This document shows, one piece after another, positions 24,605-38,262 of a stretch of 64,000 nt of DNA. A program made the position numbers and the translations under genes. Numbering within the stretch: the first letter of the stretch is position 1; each line of letters opens with the position of its first letter. The notes below the pieces were generated by a model, which made no database searches, was not told where the DNA came from, and worked only from the letters and a program-made list of their open reading frames with translations. The DNA is from Trichoplax adhaerens (lineage: Eukaryota; Animalia; Placozoa). The stretch is taken from the NCBI RefSeq assembly GCF_000150275.1, contig NW_002060944.1:8198735-8262734 (forward strand), given 5' to 3'.

Positions 24605-27600
24605 ATGGATTTGATAGGCGAGATTAAAATCAAGCAAGAAAAGATTGATGATTATGAACTGGATAATAGGCAACCTTTATCCTATAACAGCAACAATTTA
24701 CTAACGGAAGTAGTCCAAATTAGCGACGATGAGAGCGATATTATCAATTTAACGGCCATGGGACGGCAAACCAATGCCGAGATAGTGGACAATATTTTAA
24801 CAAATGAGGCTAATACGGCCTTGACAGATGCTTATACTGATCATAGTGCTTTAAAGCAAGACGAAGGGATACAAGATATCTGTTTAAATGAACCAACAAA
24901 TCTTTCTATCCCGTCGCCCAATGGCGATATCAACCACTCAGGACAGCCTAGTACAACGGATGATCCACAACAGTTAAACGCCAATATTCACAGGCCCGAT
25001 AGGAATGGGGCAGTAAATGAGCAAAGTGCGATCGCTGAAAAACGCAAACATTCCAATAGTAATGCGCAAGAAAATGAACAACCGGCAAAGAAAGTAATGG
25101 GTAAGAGCTTAATTTCTATCGCACAATATTATGCAGGAAAATTGAGCCACTCAATTCGTTTCCATCATTGAATTCTAGTCGCCTCACTATTTTACCTCTG
25201 CTTCTTATATTGACCATAAGAACACTTCCATTTTGTAGTCTGTCCTGCTGAACCCGTGATGATCACTTTGTTTGTTTGCATGTCTTGCAGTAATCGGCTA
25301 ATTTTTCTTTCTTTATTTCCTACTGGTGGATCACCATGCCATGATTGCTTTCCCAATACATTATCTGGACTATCAATTGACTTTTCAAGGCGTTTATGGA
25401 GAGAAAATCAAGATTTCACAAATTAGCCATGCCCAGCCCATAGACACGAGCCCAAATCATCAACATGAAGACATCAATACGATCGCCATTAAACTCCCTG
25501 AAAACAACCAGATGACTCAGGAAGTAAGGCTTGACAATTCTAGACGATATCCATCATTTCTCATCGTTAGTAATCGATAAATATATTATCAATAGATGTA
25601 GTTGGCGATGACTAGTCAACGCTTTTTAGAATCTTACCTACAAACTACTGCTAATTGTTCACATACAGGATTGGCGTAGTAATAGAGAGATTTTAGAGTC
25701 TTCTCTACGACACCAATCTCCTAATCTACTGCACAGTATTGCTGGAAATTAAAATAGCATTACGTGAAATCGTATAAATTGCGACTTGCGTTCACTCGGC
25801 GCGTTAGCTAGGATGCAATTAGTGACTAATCATGTGGATGATGAATTTATTGAGCATTAACTTATCGAAGATAGTAAAGAGTGATTTGGTAGATTCTCAC
25901 TGCAATATCTATCTTTTGATACAATTTTATATAGCGCAATAAGAGTAGATGATCCAAGAGTCGTTTAATAGATATTTTACTTCATATCTCTCCTTAATGG
26001 TTAACTTTGACATAACTTTGCAAGCAAGTACGATTAGTAAAAGTCCCGTGTAGTGCCTATTTTATGCAGGGTTTTTAGGCCATTTAGTTGCTTGTTGTAT
26101 TGATCAATATACTAGATGCAGACTATTCCGTAAAAACTTGAAGATAGACATTTGCTCATTCACCTTGAATACGTCGACTACACATGCTAAACTTATTTTG
26201 GTAAAATAGGCCATCCTGTACTAGTATGATGTAAAAATTGAGCGCCCTATTATTATATATATGTATGTTTACTGCAACTAAGGGTGTTTAAATCAAACAC
26301 TATATGTAAGATAGACGATAGGAAGAATGATGTTTGTAAACTGCAGCATAGCTACTTTAAAACAAAACGTTACTAAACTGAATGCGCCTTTCATAAGCGT
26401 AAATGATAGAGCGGAGGACATATAAGAGTGCCTCGAAATGAAAACGAATAGCTAGGTGCAGCTACGTCGATAAATTGATCTTTGCAGTACTTTTCTATTC
26501 ATATCAGACAGAGTAATGTACTCGCAGTATAGCGTAGTTGAGATATTATTAAAAATATATAAATACAATTCGATTAGGTATGGATTACCTACTTAATGTA
26601 TAATATTATTAACGTTTCTATGAAATTGTTTATTCTAATAGTTCATCAGTTATTAACGTACATCGTCACTCTATTTCTTAATTTTCCTATTTTAGCAAAT
26701 TTCAAACTGCGTCTCTGAACATATCAATAAAATAAAAATGAAACTCCACCATGATTTTCAAGAAATGTACAAAATAAAGGTCGAAGAATTAAAAAATGAA
26801 ACTGATGCTATTGAGCAACAGTGTATAACCTTTAGAGACCTCTTCTTAAAATTTGTGGATATTCATTGTAAAGAAAAGTCCGATCAACTATACCAATCCA
26901 TTGTAAGTGTTATAAATCAACCTTGAATTACAATTTAGTATGAATGGAATTGATGGTATACACTGAGCTATCATATTTGATTGATAGAGAAAGTTATCCG
27001 ATGAAGCTGGTTTAGCTAAAAAATACGTTCCTGAAAATCGAAAATGTAACGTTGGTATCCAAGTTGCTTTACCACGTGTATCTACTCAAAATAATGTTGT
27101 AATTCCTATGGATTCGGCCGCTGTATCGAATTCTAATGAACGAGTTAGAACAAACACTATGAATAGCCAGAGCAAAGGAGAATCCATTAAAGTTTCGCTA
27201 GCTTCTCAAACTGCAAACCTGAGAACAACACAACCTGGGCCTATAAAACCCATTTTTACTTCAACTAAGACTCATTCTAACAGTAATTTAACAAATGGAG
27301 TCAACAACAGCGTGAGAAGCCAAGTCGACCCTAAATCAGTTCGCTATCAACCCCTTTCATCGTTGAGAATCAATGATCTACGCCCAAGTGATCCGAGAAT
27401 ATCATCTAGTGATGATCGATCGTTCTTCTTTCCATTTCCTGAAAATATTTGCAAACAGAAGCTTGTAGAAATTTATACGCCTGAGCTAAAGTCGATAAAA
27501 TCACAAGATCTAATAAAATTGATGTGGACCCTTCCCAAATGTAGCAATAATTATGATGCAGTCATTGGCTATGACATCTATTTTATTGAGGACTACAGTG

Positions 27601-27773
27601 TCATGCAGTCTTCAAAGACCCGTTGGAAATTTGTAGACACTGTAGAGCCTTTACCCTTGCCGATGGTTTGCAATTTAACACCAGCAAGTGCAAGTACTTG
27701 CTATTTTACATTGAGAAGTAAATTGAAAAATAATTGCTATAGCCGGTTTAGTAACATCTGTAAGGTTAGTTAA
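24605..27773 (+). CDS. ATF7IP: ATF7IP/MCAF1 (Windei)-like SETDB1 cofactor
   Basis: C-terminal FN3 domain LMWTLP...GYDIYF...RWKFVDTVEPLPLPMVCNLT...YFTLRSK carries the diagnostic LPLPMxC motif; central coiled-coil exon 26696-26902. Four exons: 24605-25100, 25390-25523, 26696-26902, 26987-27773. Confidence 0.85.
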
Positions 27774-28576
27774 AAGACAAAGGAAAGAATATCGTTACAT
27801 AAGAATGGTATAATCGGTCAATTTATAATGTAGTTGTTTTAACCTTAAGGCTGAAATTGACAAACGTTGCTATCATAAAACTTTCTCCTTACCATTGCTA
27901 TATAGTACTGTATTTTAAACGTTGTTTAATTAACTCAATTTTATGCCATTCTACCAATGATGTAAGTTTCGAAAGTAAATTGAGGTACCTTTATAATATC
28001 AACCGATAATTTCTAACGGTAGTTGCAATTGCTAGCGTCGGCTATAGTATGTATGGGCTACTTGGACTTCAACTGTCAAATTATATTATTATCGCTTGTT
28101 TCAAATGTTGCTTCTGTTACGCCAGTAATAATTATTTATATCTATGTTATATAAGATTGAGAGCAATGCTGCATTATTTATGTCATGTCATTTTTTGTAG
28201 GTATTCTACCTTATGACCGCTTTCTGACCTACGTTTTGAAATTGTGCAATACGTAGTTTACTCGTAGTTTATTAGCCAAATTGTGAATTTACGACTAGGT
28301 CGAGCATCTAGGTCAAAATGTCGTGTAATATTTCATTTCAAGTTTTCAATTTCCGTAGAAATAGATGGAAATAAAAATTTTCTGTAATGCTAATATAAGA
28401 TTCTAGAATAATGTGGCAATACTTTTGAATGATTTTTATAAAATCCAAAGTAATTCTTTATTAACCAATAGCCCTAACTTGGTATCATAGTCAGAAAAAT
28501 GGTGACAATACATCTGTAGCTGTGCAGATGCAACCCTTTAAAATCGTTCAAAAGGAAACTTGTTACTTTATAAACA

Positions 28577-31500
28577 TTATTTCGAGCGCTTTTTAAATCT
28601 AGCTCCTTTTAGTTTGACTTTCTTCGCCAGTTGATATGTTGCAGCGCCTTCTTCTTCATCATCTAGTGGCCTTCTCTTTTTATTCATAGTTTCCTGCAAC
28701 TCCTGTATTGTAGAACGTTCAGTTAAATGATATCGAGGCGTTTGTTCAATAAGTTAACTGGATTAATTACCATTTTAGCGTATCTTTGTGCTTCTGCAAC
28801 GCGTTCCATTAGCAACATAACTTCTTCCTCAACTGTCGGATATTCCGGTAACTTTTTAGCAATTAGCTGTTCGATCCTTTGAAATAATTCTACATCATAT
28901 CTGCATTGAACAGCGATACGAAAATTAAAATCGTGCTCAAGCATAAAAATAATTAATTGTAATGTATCTTACTGCGTTACGAAAATAATTGATCTTCCAG
29001 ATCTTCCAGCTCTAGCGGTTCTACCAACTCGATGAATATAATCCTGAAATGAAATAAAACACTTGGACGTTAAAACACAGTGCATATAGTTTCAACTAAG
29101 GGTTATATAACATTTTCCAGTTTTATGCACAGGTAACAGAAAAGTTAAATTTATGCGGTACTTATGAGCTTACCTTTGAGTGTGATGGGGCATCGAAATT
29201 AATTACAATATCTACATGTGGGATGTCTAATCCGCTATTATAGAAATGCACATATGTTAGTTTAATATGAATAAGATTATGATTTATTTGCCAGTCTATT
29301 AACTAAAACAACATATACATTTAAAGTAAATAAAGAAACGAGTAGAAGATGACTAATTAATTTTATATCTAATATGTAACGACTTGCATAGGTAGTATAG
29401 GCATCATAAAATGGTAGTTATTTATAAAAATGGCATACTTACCGACTTGCAACATCAGTTGCTACCAAGATAGAGCTCTCCTTTGACTTAAATTTATGTA
29501 AGGCCCCAAGTCTTTTGCTCTATTGTGCGCGTATAAATGAACCATAGTGTTTATAATGTACATCCTACTTACTGACAGTGAATAACCTTTCAATACACTA
29601 CCTGAGACATTTGACCATGTAAAGGGATTGCATTAAAGCCTAAATTGCGAAGCATGAGACCAATGCTATGGAGTTGAGAGATCAAAATACACGTATTACG
29701 TATTTGTGGATCATGGTTGCATGTAAATGTAATCCAACAATGTAAAATCGATAATATCATTTGAATCACTTCTCACCGCTGTGTGTTGATACAAGTGGCA
29801 CAAAATACCATAAAAGAGTTTCCAGCCAATTCGTTTAGGATGCTAACCAGGTAACAGTCCTAAAAATTAATTGTACCATTTAATCCTCTAGAAAGGTGCA
29901 TAATTCAAAAACTATTCAAAGATACGTGTTACACAGTATGTAATCAAACCTTGTATTTAGCCGGAACGAAGATATAAGTTTGCTGTAACTTTTCTACCGT
30001 AGTGTATCTGTAAAATGAAATAGTTTCATGTTATTGTGTTACTAATTAATTAATATAAAGCGAAAATGCCTGCCATAGATAGATCCTACTTGGTTGAAAC
30101 TTCTATCTTGACTGGATCTTGGACAGACGCTCTTTGTAATTTTTTTACCTAAGAAGTATAATTGAGTTGCAATTTTTTTTCGATCTGTAATGGTGTACCA
30201 ATGTACGGTATGTATGCTATAATTATTGATCTACCTTTTTGGTCATGGTAGCGGAAAATAAATATGTTCTTCGTTCTTTAGGTAACACGCTCAATATTTT
30301 ATCGACCTAGACAATTAAAAGTGGTGGTTATACGATACGTTAAAGTACTATGTGTACGATAAAGCAACTTACTTCAGCTTCAAAGTCCATATTCAAAATA
30401 CGATCTGCTTCATCCATCACCTATTTCAATAAAAATGTTTGCAGTTGATAACAATACCGTAGCAAATACGGGTATGTAAAGAACAAAGGTAGACTTTATA
30501 ATCAAGTTATTTACATACTATAATATGAAGTAGATCTAGAAAAACTTGCTAATCGAAGCTATTCTAATGCACGATAGTTATGTTATAATTATGACTTACC
30601 AAATATTTCAATGGTCGTAAACTAAAGCCTTTGGTGTTGGCTAAGTGATCCGCTAGCCTACCGGGAGTTCCTAAAAATTGAAATGATAGTCATTCTACCG
30701 GTATCCTGTTTATTTTATAATTAAGCGTTAAAAAAACTTTACGATATTGTAAATTATTAAATTGACGAAGTACCGATAATGATATGTGGTTTTTTAGCTA
30801 GCATGATTGATTGTGTCATCATATCGATACCACCAATTATGACAGCTGACAGTGAGAGATAACAGTAACATTGCAGTCAATAAGTTTTTCCTCGTCTGCT
30901 AATTAAAATTAAAAGAATTGCAATATTGGCCTTTACCACACTGGACTCCAATCGATGAGCCTAACGCTTCAATTTGTTCGCTTATCTGAAAAGCTAATTC
31001 TCTACAAGTTAAGCGAATAGCACCTTTCGTTAATGTATTACGTACAATATCTGCATACCATAATGACAGGAATACATTATGATACAATAGTGGAAAATGA
31101 TCAAGGTTATAAGAGATTACCTTGTAGGAGTGAGAATTAAGGCAAATAAACGCTGAGGTTTGTCTAATAATGCTTGTAGAATGGGTAAGACAAAAGCGGC
31201 AGTTTTACCAGAGCCAGTCTCAGCTAAGCCAATGATGTCTTTACCTTGATGTCAAATTGATAAATAAATTATAATCTATGTCTAGGTGTTCATATACACT
31301 GTCTATATACCGGGATACCTGTTCATACTGGCATACTGTATATCATTAGTCGACTGGACGTATGTATCCATATTGAATTGAAATTGAAATCATCGGTAGT
31401 GCAAGCTAAACCTTCCTTGCAAATACTGTACGTTATACAGTCAGGTAAAATCAGATATCCTTGATGAATTAACTCATCACAACAGTTATTAATCCATGAA

Positions 31501-32563
31501 CTGTCATATGAGTTAACTTATCACAACAACCATCAATGCATGCAGATTATGCGCTGACGTTTATCATTGATATCAGTATTTATTAAATGTAGTCTATTAT
31601 CAGCAATTTGGCTGCAACTATTTGCACGAAATGAAGTTGAACCATCGCAATTACAAGATTTCAACACCTCTTGTAAGACTGCATCATCACAACAGTCATC
31701 AGTCCATGCAGCCTGGGCGTCTTCACATATTGCATATATACGTATAAATAGGTCTAAATATATCATTAGTCCTTTAGTAAACAGCATATGTACGTGTATA
31801 TCTTGTTGATGTTGAATTTCAAGTTCAAAAGACTGGTAATGCAAGGTGAAAACATCTCTTGCAAACACGTCCAATCACACATGGATGAATGACTTTATGA
31901 CAGCAGTTATCAATCCATGTCGACTAGGGATATCTAGATGCATTGTGTATACCGGTGTAACTATATCATCGCCATTTGGCATACGTATAAAATGTTTACA
32001 GTAAATTCAAGTTGAATTACCACAGTTGTTAAGCTTAACAACGGCTAAAATACCTCTTGGCAACATTGCATTGCACAATCTACTACACTACAGTGTTGTA
32101 CGACGTCCATGCAAGCTTGCACAGTTTGTTCAAATTGTATGAAGATGATGCCTTGTTCTCTCTAATCGATCTATTCGATTCTATTCAAAGGTTAAAGTAA
32201 TGGACTACAGAATGTACAGTAAGTGTTAACGTAACCATTAGCTTACCTGTTAACGCAACTGGGATAGCTTCACATTGAATTTTAGTGGGTTGCTTCCATT
32301 GTAACCGATCGCATGCTTGACATAAAGGCTCCATTAATCCCTATCAATGAACAGCAAAAATATCGTTTAGGCAGCCTTGACACCAACACCATAGAATCTA
32401 GCTACGATGATGGCTTTGTCAAGCAGTTTCTTCGTTATTTATAATGCACATGAGATAGGGCAAGATAGGAAAATCAATGCCTCATCCTATAACTTACAAG
32501 AGATTGAAAAGTAATCGGAGTTTCTTCCTCTACGTTTACGCGATCGCTTTCCATGCTTGCCAT
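28577..32563 (-). CDS. DDX47: DEAD-box RNA helicase DDX47/Rrp3 (multi-exon)
   Basis: Q motif [96 protein letters not shown], and a basic tail ending KKRSK*. Confidence 0.97.
31300..32120. repeat. Highly degenerate tandem array (about 4 x ~200-250 bp) in DDX47 intron 2
   Basis: Recurring gaa(a/g)ttgaa..catc...caag...cttgcaa and acagt..t.a.tccatg blocks near 31374, 31629, 31812 and 32003. Confidence 0.65.
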
Positions 32564-32579
32564 GTTGCCTAGGTAGAGC

Positions 32580-32900
32580 TGACGAGCTAGCCAATACGCG
32601 TGCGCATTTTAACCTTGAATGCAGGCCTCCGTCCTAGACCCTGGATGGCTAGCAGTTGTAAAGCTTACCAATCCGATAACATACAGTGCTCTATATACTA
32701 CACTCATGTTTCAGCCATAAACCAATCTCCAACAAGACTGTCTGTCCGAGGCAACGCCTAGCTGCACCCTGTCAAGAGGAGACCGGCTAGTCTTTTATTC
32801 TATAGTACTACAGTATGGATCTGATCAGGCTTACGGCGCAGTATAGAGTAGATAGTATGGCCATATATGCAATCACTTTTTGACGCCATTTTGTCGTCAT
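32580..32900 (-). promoter_or_regulatory. DDX47 promoter motifs
   Basis: NRF1-like ACGCGTGCGCA at 32596-32606, CCAAT boxes at ~32591, 32668 and 32722, and YY1 motif GACGCCATTTTG at 32882-32893. Confidence 0.5.
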
Positions 32901-33932
32901 TTTATAACACTATTTCTTGAAATCAGCATCCTATAGTAAGACCCATGGAGGGATCCACACGGCTGTTGTTGTCTAATATTACCCTTCTATTTATTGATAG
33001 AGGTCAAATACTCTGTTTTAACAATATCTATCCATCGAAATAGGTGAAGTACTTACTGTATTAGATGGAGCTTTACAGTTGAAAAAGTATCATCATATTG
33101 CCATCATGGATAGGGCTCAGCTTTATCATGGTACTGATCTTTAAATATACAATCATGTTCATGATACAGTATATCGTAAGGCACTCCTTCCAACCTTGAA
33201 TCCCTGAATTTACCATCTCTAAATTCATTCATCCCCTTGATTGTACTATATTTGTAAGCACAGTATAGGTACTCTTATTTCGAGCTTTAGCAGGCTATGA
33301 TGCATAGCAGTCGGGATTGGGGCTTTCGCTGTAGCAAGATACGTCGATGCCACAGCTAAAACCCGATCAGGCTATCATGCATAATTCATAGATAATCCCC
33401 AAAGATGCAGAATGCACAAAATAATTGAAAGAGCATCCTATACAGAGGAAGATACTGCTTTGATTTTTCATCACCAAGATTTGCATAACAGTTGTTTATT
33501 AGGTAGGCAACTTGCTTTGTTGAAAGCAACGCCCTATATTACCCTTTTCTTATTGGTAGTTATCCAATACTCTATTGAAGAACATCTATTTATGTCAATA
33601 AATGGACTACCGAGCCAATTTGCCTGATCAATAAAAGTAGACGTCGAGCTAACTAGCTAACCTGTGGAGCGATGGAGAGCTACGTTGACTACAATCTAGT
33701 CCTCGATAGTATTACAGCTTGTAGCTAATTTGGGACATGTTTTCCTATCATAGACGTATAAAAATCGATCGAATCTTGACAGTACTACACTGTACTGTTA
33801 ATATCAAGCCAACTATCAACTCAAAAAGAATAAATTAGTTGCTTACAGTGAATGAATTAATAATTATACAGTAAATACAGCAATTAATTATAATATCAAT
33901 TTCCTCATCCATGATGATGTTGCGGACATGAT

Positions 33933-33956
33933 GGGTGGGGTAGGGAGAGGCGGGGC
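33933..33956 (+). promoter_or_regulatory. GC/CACCC boxes forming a G-quadruplex motif upstream of PEF1
   Basis: GGG-T-GGGG-TA-GGG-AGAGGC-GGGG-C. Confidence 0.6.
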
Positions 33957-34425
33957 AGCTACGAGGGCTCAGTACAGTACAGGGACAGGTGCTGCCTCGC
34001 TCCCTTTTCCATACAGTTGCCAGTAATGTAGAGGCTAGTACGAGGGACTACACTAAAAAAGTAAGAAGGAGAAGACCGGGGTAGTTACAGTACACACACA
34101 CGACCAATCCTCCTATACTGTACAGTATAGTGTAGAGTACTTACAAAAATCATGTCACCCCACCCCGGGGTATTTATTTCCTACTGTAGCACTGTATTGT
34201 AGATCGTCTATAGTAGATACTACTTTTAGCGATGATCTACAGTACATACCGTATTGGCTACAATGACTAGTCCATTGCCATCGGTGACATTAGCTATGTA
34301 CGTACCATTTGCCTCACCTAGACGGTGGTCGCCGTGGTAATTCTAATTTCTCTCGGCCTCTTCCACCTTCGACATCTTGATTCTGCCTATAATTGCTACC
34401 GAAAACTATCTATTCTACAGCAGCA

Positions 34426-37400
34426 ATGTCTTGGAATAATAATCCACGGCCATCAGCGTATCAAGTAAGTTAATATCTTAACTATAGAATGTGTCAGTAG
34501 AATTTTTATGGCCTTTTCTTATGTAAAATAAGACTTGGAACAAATCCGACAAGTTCATTTTCCTGACTGCTTAACAGTCTAAAATAAAAGCAAGCAGATT
34601 CTTCTCATCCATTCGTTCGCATATCTACAATGCTAGACTGCAAGTATACACCAATTATACAATCATTCAGTTCACGAAGGTTAATCATCATACTATGCTC
34701 TACTAACTGATAACATTAGATTTTTCTACCATCTTTACTGTATACGTTTACTGTAGACGAAGGAGTCACATCTCGATCGATTTGGATAAATGTCAAGGAA
34801 ATCGATTAGGGATGCAATGCTTCTAGCAGTTGATCATTGCTACAATAACATATAACTTGTATATTTTAGCTGTGGTCAGTTAGAGTAGATTTTACCAATT
34901 ATTCAAATACACCTACTTCTTCACTTTATTCTAGTGTTCACTACAGTACTTGCCAGTTGCTAAAGACAGATTCATAATACATGCTATCTACGTGTCCAGA
35001 TGATGGCTATATTAACAAATGGTAGGACTGTTACGATTGTAGATTGCTATCTGAACTCTATCGTTGGTCTGATCGATACTTCAGTTAAAGACTGAATTAA
35101 TATTCATTTTACATACATACTGTATGTTATTTGGGTTTATCCATTTCATCTCGGAATACTCACAGACTTGATGTCCTTAGTTTGCCCATCTACGGCATGC
35201 TATTGAGTCAATCAATCACATCTCTACGTGCAGCGTTGATGATAAGACTTACTAAGTATCTACCGCTTCGTTATTGTATACAAAACTCTCTTTCTTGAGA
35301 AGATCGCATGATCGGACGATATAGAATGGAAATGTAGCGATGCTGTTGCACTGATTTCGTAATTTTCAATGTTGATGTTGTCCAATAAATGACCTACAGA
35401 TAACCGCACTAAACTAGACACAAATACAAATGTATGCTAATCTATTTCATCATTAGAAGAGATCCGTTATTCGTTTATAAAGGATACAGATTTCATCATT
35501 TGTTAATTTTATCATAGTTGGTCCTCGGCCTATTACCTCAAATTATTCATTGCTCTCATTAGTTACTACAGTACTGAGTACAAATCCATTCCATAGCTAA
35601 ATAGAGTAATAGAACTAGACAGAGATTGCAGTACACCTACACGGTAATTGTTCTATATGCTAGAAAAATCATTAGCAAATTTGAATCCTAAAGTAGATAC
35701 AATGGATTATACATGAATAGAATCGTATCGTAGTTAATAGCATACTCAATTTACACCTCTTAATAAAATGGACAAAAATATTTAAGAGTAGACTACATAG
35801 TCAATCTCAGTGTGATGGAGGGTTCGAAGAATTAGCGGCTGCGGACTTAGTAGCCATTCACAGAAAATATGCAAAGGATTTTAAGGATTTTAATAAAGGT
35901 GAATACTTTATTGTAGATAATAATGGAGGTACAAGGCGGTAGTTAACGGTAGATCAGCGTGTAAGCTGTCGTGAAGTAACGTGAGGAAGTACTACTACTA
36001 CGAATAGTGCAACTGAACAAATCTGAGGCAGAAATCATCAGTATTTATAGTTTTAAAGAGAGAACACGTACAGAGAACAGTATTGTAGAATTAGATACAT
36101 TATATACTATAAACTGGCTATATAATAGTAAATGATTGTAGAAAATAGCGAAGACTGTAGGTGCTATGAATAACTAAACATGACAAGCTATATTTGAGCA
36201 TAGTTGAAATAGACTGTAGAGGTATCTATATTCGGAACATAACAAAATGTCTATATTTACGAACAAGTCTAAAAACTACAGTGAAACTAAATACACTACA
36301 CTCAGTAATCATCACGATAGTTTTGACAGTGAAAGGGACTTTGTGTTTTAGATATTTTAAACAACTTATTTTTTCTCCATCAATCGTAGCAAAATTATGG
36401 CCAGCAATATAATCCAGGTTATAACCAACAGCAACCAGGATATTCTCAACCGCAGCAGGGCTATGGGCAGCAACCTCAAGGTTATGGCCAACAATATCAA
36501 GGATATAATCAACCACAACAGGGATATGCTCAACAGCCGCAAGGTTATGCTCAACAAGCACATATGCATAATCAACAACAGCCGAATTACGGTCAACAAG
36601 CACCACCTCCGACTTACGGACAAACTCCAGGTGGGCAGTATCCCCCCACATCTAGTGTTGCTCAACCTCCACCGGGTGTTAAACCCCATGTATGGCAATG
36701 GTTCCAGGTAACTGATAAGAGAGTAATTGAATACAGTAATAGACAACATTTTCAACACTTGTTTTTATATATCAAGGAATGTTTCTCCTAAACGATTATT
36801 ATATAAAATTGTATATAGACTGTGGACGTAAGTAAATCGGGCCACATTTCAGTGACGGAGCTAAGGCAAGCCTTGGTTAACAACAATTGGACAACATTTA
36901 ACGAAGAAACCTGCCGTCTTTTAATTGGAATGTTCGATAGTAACAAGTGAGTCTGCTATGATTGCTCCAGCTTAAAAATTCTAAAATCATTTGCAAGGAA
37001 AAATGAATCTTAGTTTATGTAAAGACCTCACAACAACAGTTTATGTCGAATGTCTAATAGACGCGTAGTTAATTCAATGATTAAAATGATATTACCATAA
37101 TTCAGGAATGGTACCATTGATGTTCATGAATTTGAATCGTTACTGGAATATGTCAAGCAATGGCAAAATTGTTTTAATCAGTAAGTAAACAATGCGACGC
37201 GGCGCTGAGGATTATATCACTAAAATGGACTATTCTTCTTTTATTCCTTATTTTGAATACGTGATGTTAATATTGATTCTTGATTGTAGATTCGACAAAG
37301 ACAGATCCGGAAATATTGATGCTAATGAACTACAGCAAGCATTTAACACATTTGGTTACCGTTTGTAAGTTCACTATGATGTCCTAAGCCACTAAAATAT

Positions 37401-38262
37401 GAACATAGGCGGCTGACCAGCAGATAACCACAATCATTTTTCACATCCTGTTGTAATTATAGATCAACCACCTTCTGCAACTTATGCGTTCGAGTATTTG
37501 ACCGTGGAGATGTTAGAACCATGAAATTTGACGACTTTATTCAATGTTGCGTAATGCTAAAATCTTTAACGGATAAATTTCGCAAGAAAGATGCCGCTCA
37601 ATCAGGCGTCGTTCGTGTTTCTTATCCAGAGGTATCAATAATTTAAAAATCATTTAGTACTGGGATTTTGGCTAAGCGTTTCCTACATACATAGATCTTA
37701 TGTTAAATCTGTAATAATTTCAGGAGATTATTTTAGGCGAATATGTATATTATGACTCAACCGTTGTAATTCATTCAGTATGCAGTTTATCTACCTCAAA
37801 AATAAGATACAGTACGAATTAACCATGTTTCCGTAAAATACATGCAGTCTTCGCGTAGTCACACCATATCTCGGTACAAGAAAAGACGCTTTAGTAAACG
37901 AAATCACTAGCAAAGCCTATCTCGATTAGATTCTAAGTCAGACTAAAAGAAGATTTACTGTTTTACTTTTTGAAGCAAGTTGAAGTCAATTTATAAATGC
38001 AGTATATTTCATAATTAAGGATACTCTTTAGGGGTAAACTTTAAACTCAAATAGTATAATATTTAAGGTATACTTTACATGTACTCGTATGCAGTTCTGT
38101 ATTATGTAAATATTTGGATTTAGTGCCTCCCGCAATTGTAATTAGGCTTATGCTTTGACTTCTTAACTAATTAATGGCATTTACTGATCATTGCTCTCAA
38201 ATCGGTGTAAAATTTCGACTTTTTTTCAGTTCTTGGAAATGGCTATCGACAATACTTTATAA
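34426..38262 (+). CDS. PEF1: Penta-EF-hand protein, peflin type
   Basis: MSWNNNPRPSAYQ, then exon 36390-36707 with Q/G/Y/P repeats and PPGVKPHVWQWFQ. Continues TVDVSKSGHISVTELRQALVNNNWTTFNEETCRLLIGMFD, FDKDRSGNIDANELQQAF, MKFDDFIQCCVMLKSLTDKFRKKD and FLEMAIDNTL*. The long repetitive N-terminus favours peflin over PDCD6. Confidence 0.85.
36390..36620 (+). repeat. Coding 21-nt (heptapeptide QGYxQQP) repeats in PEF1
   Basis: QPGYSQPQQGYGQQPQGYGQQYQGYNQPQQGYAQQPQGYAQQ. Confidence 0.9.

Noticed and set aside
36226-36758. Several overlapping ORFs on both strands over PEF1 exon 2
   Set aside because: Shadow frames of the 21-nt coding repeat; only the QGY frame splices into the EF-hand exons.
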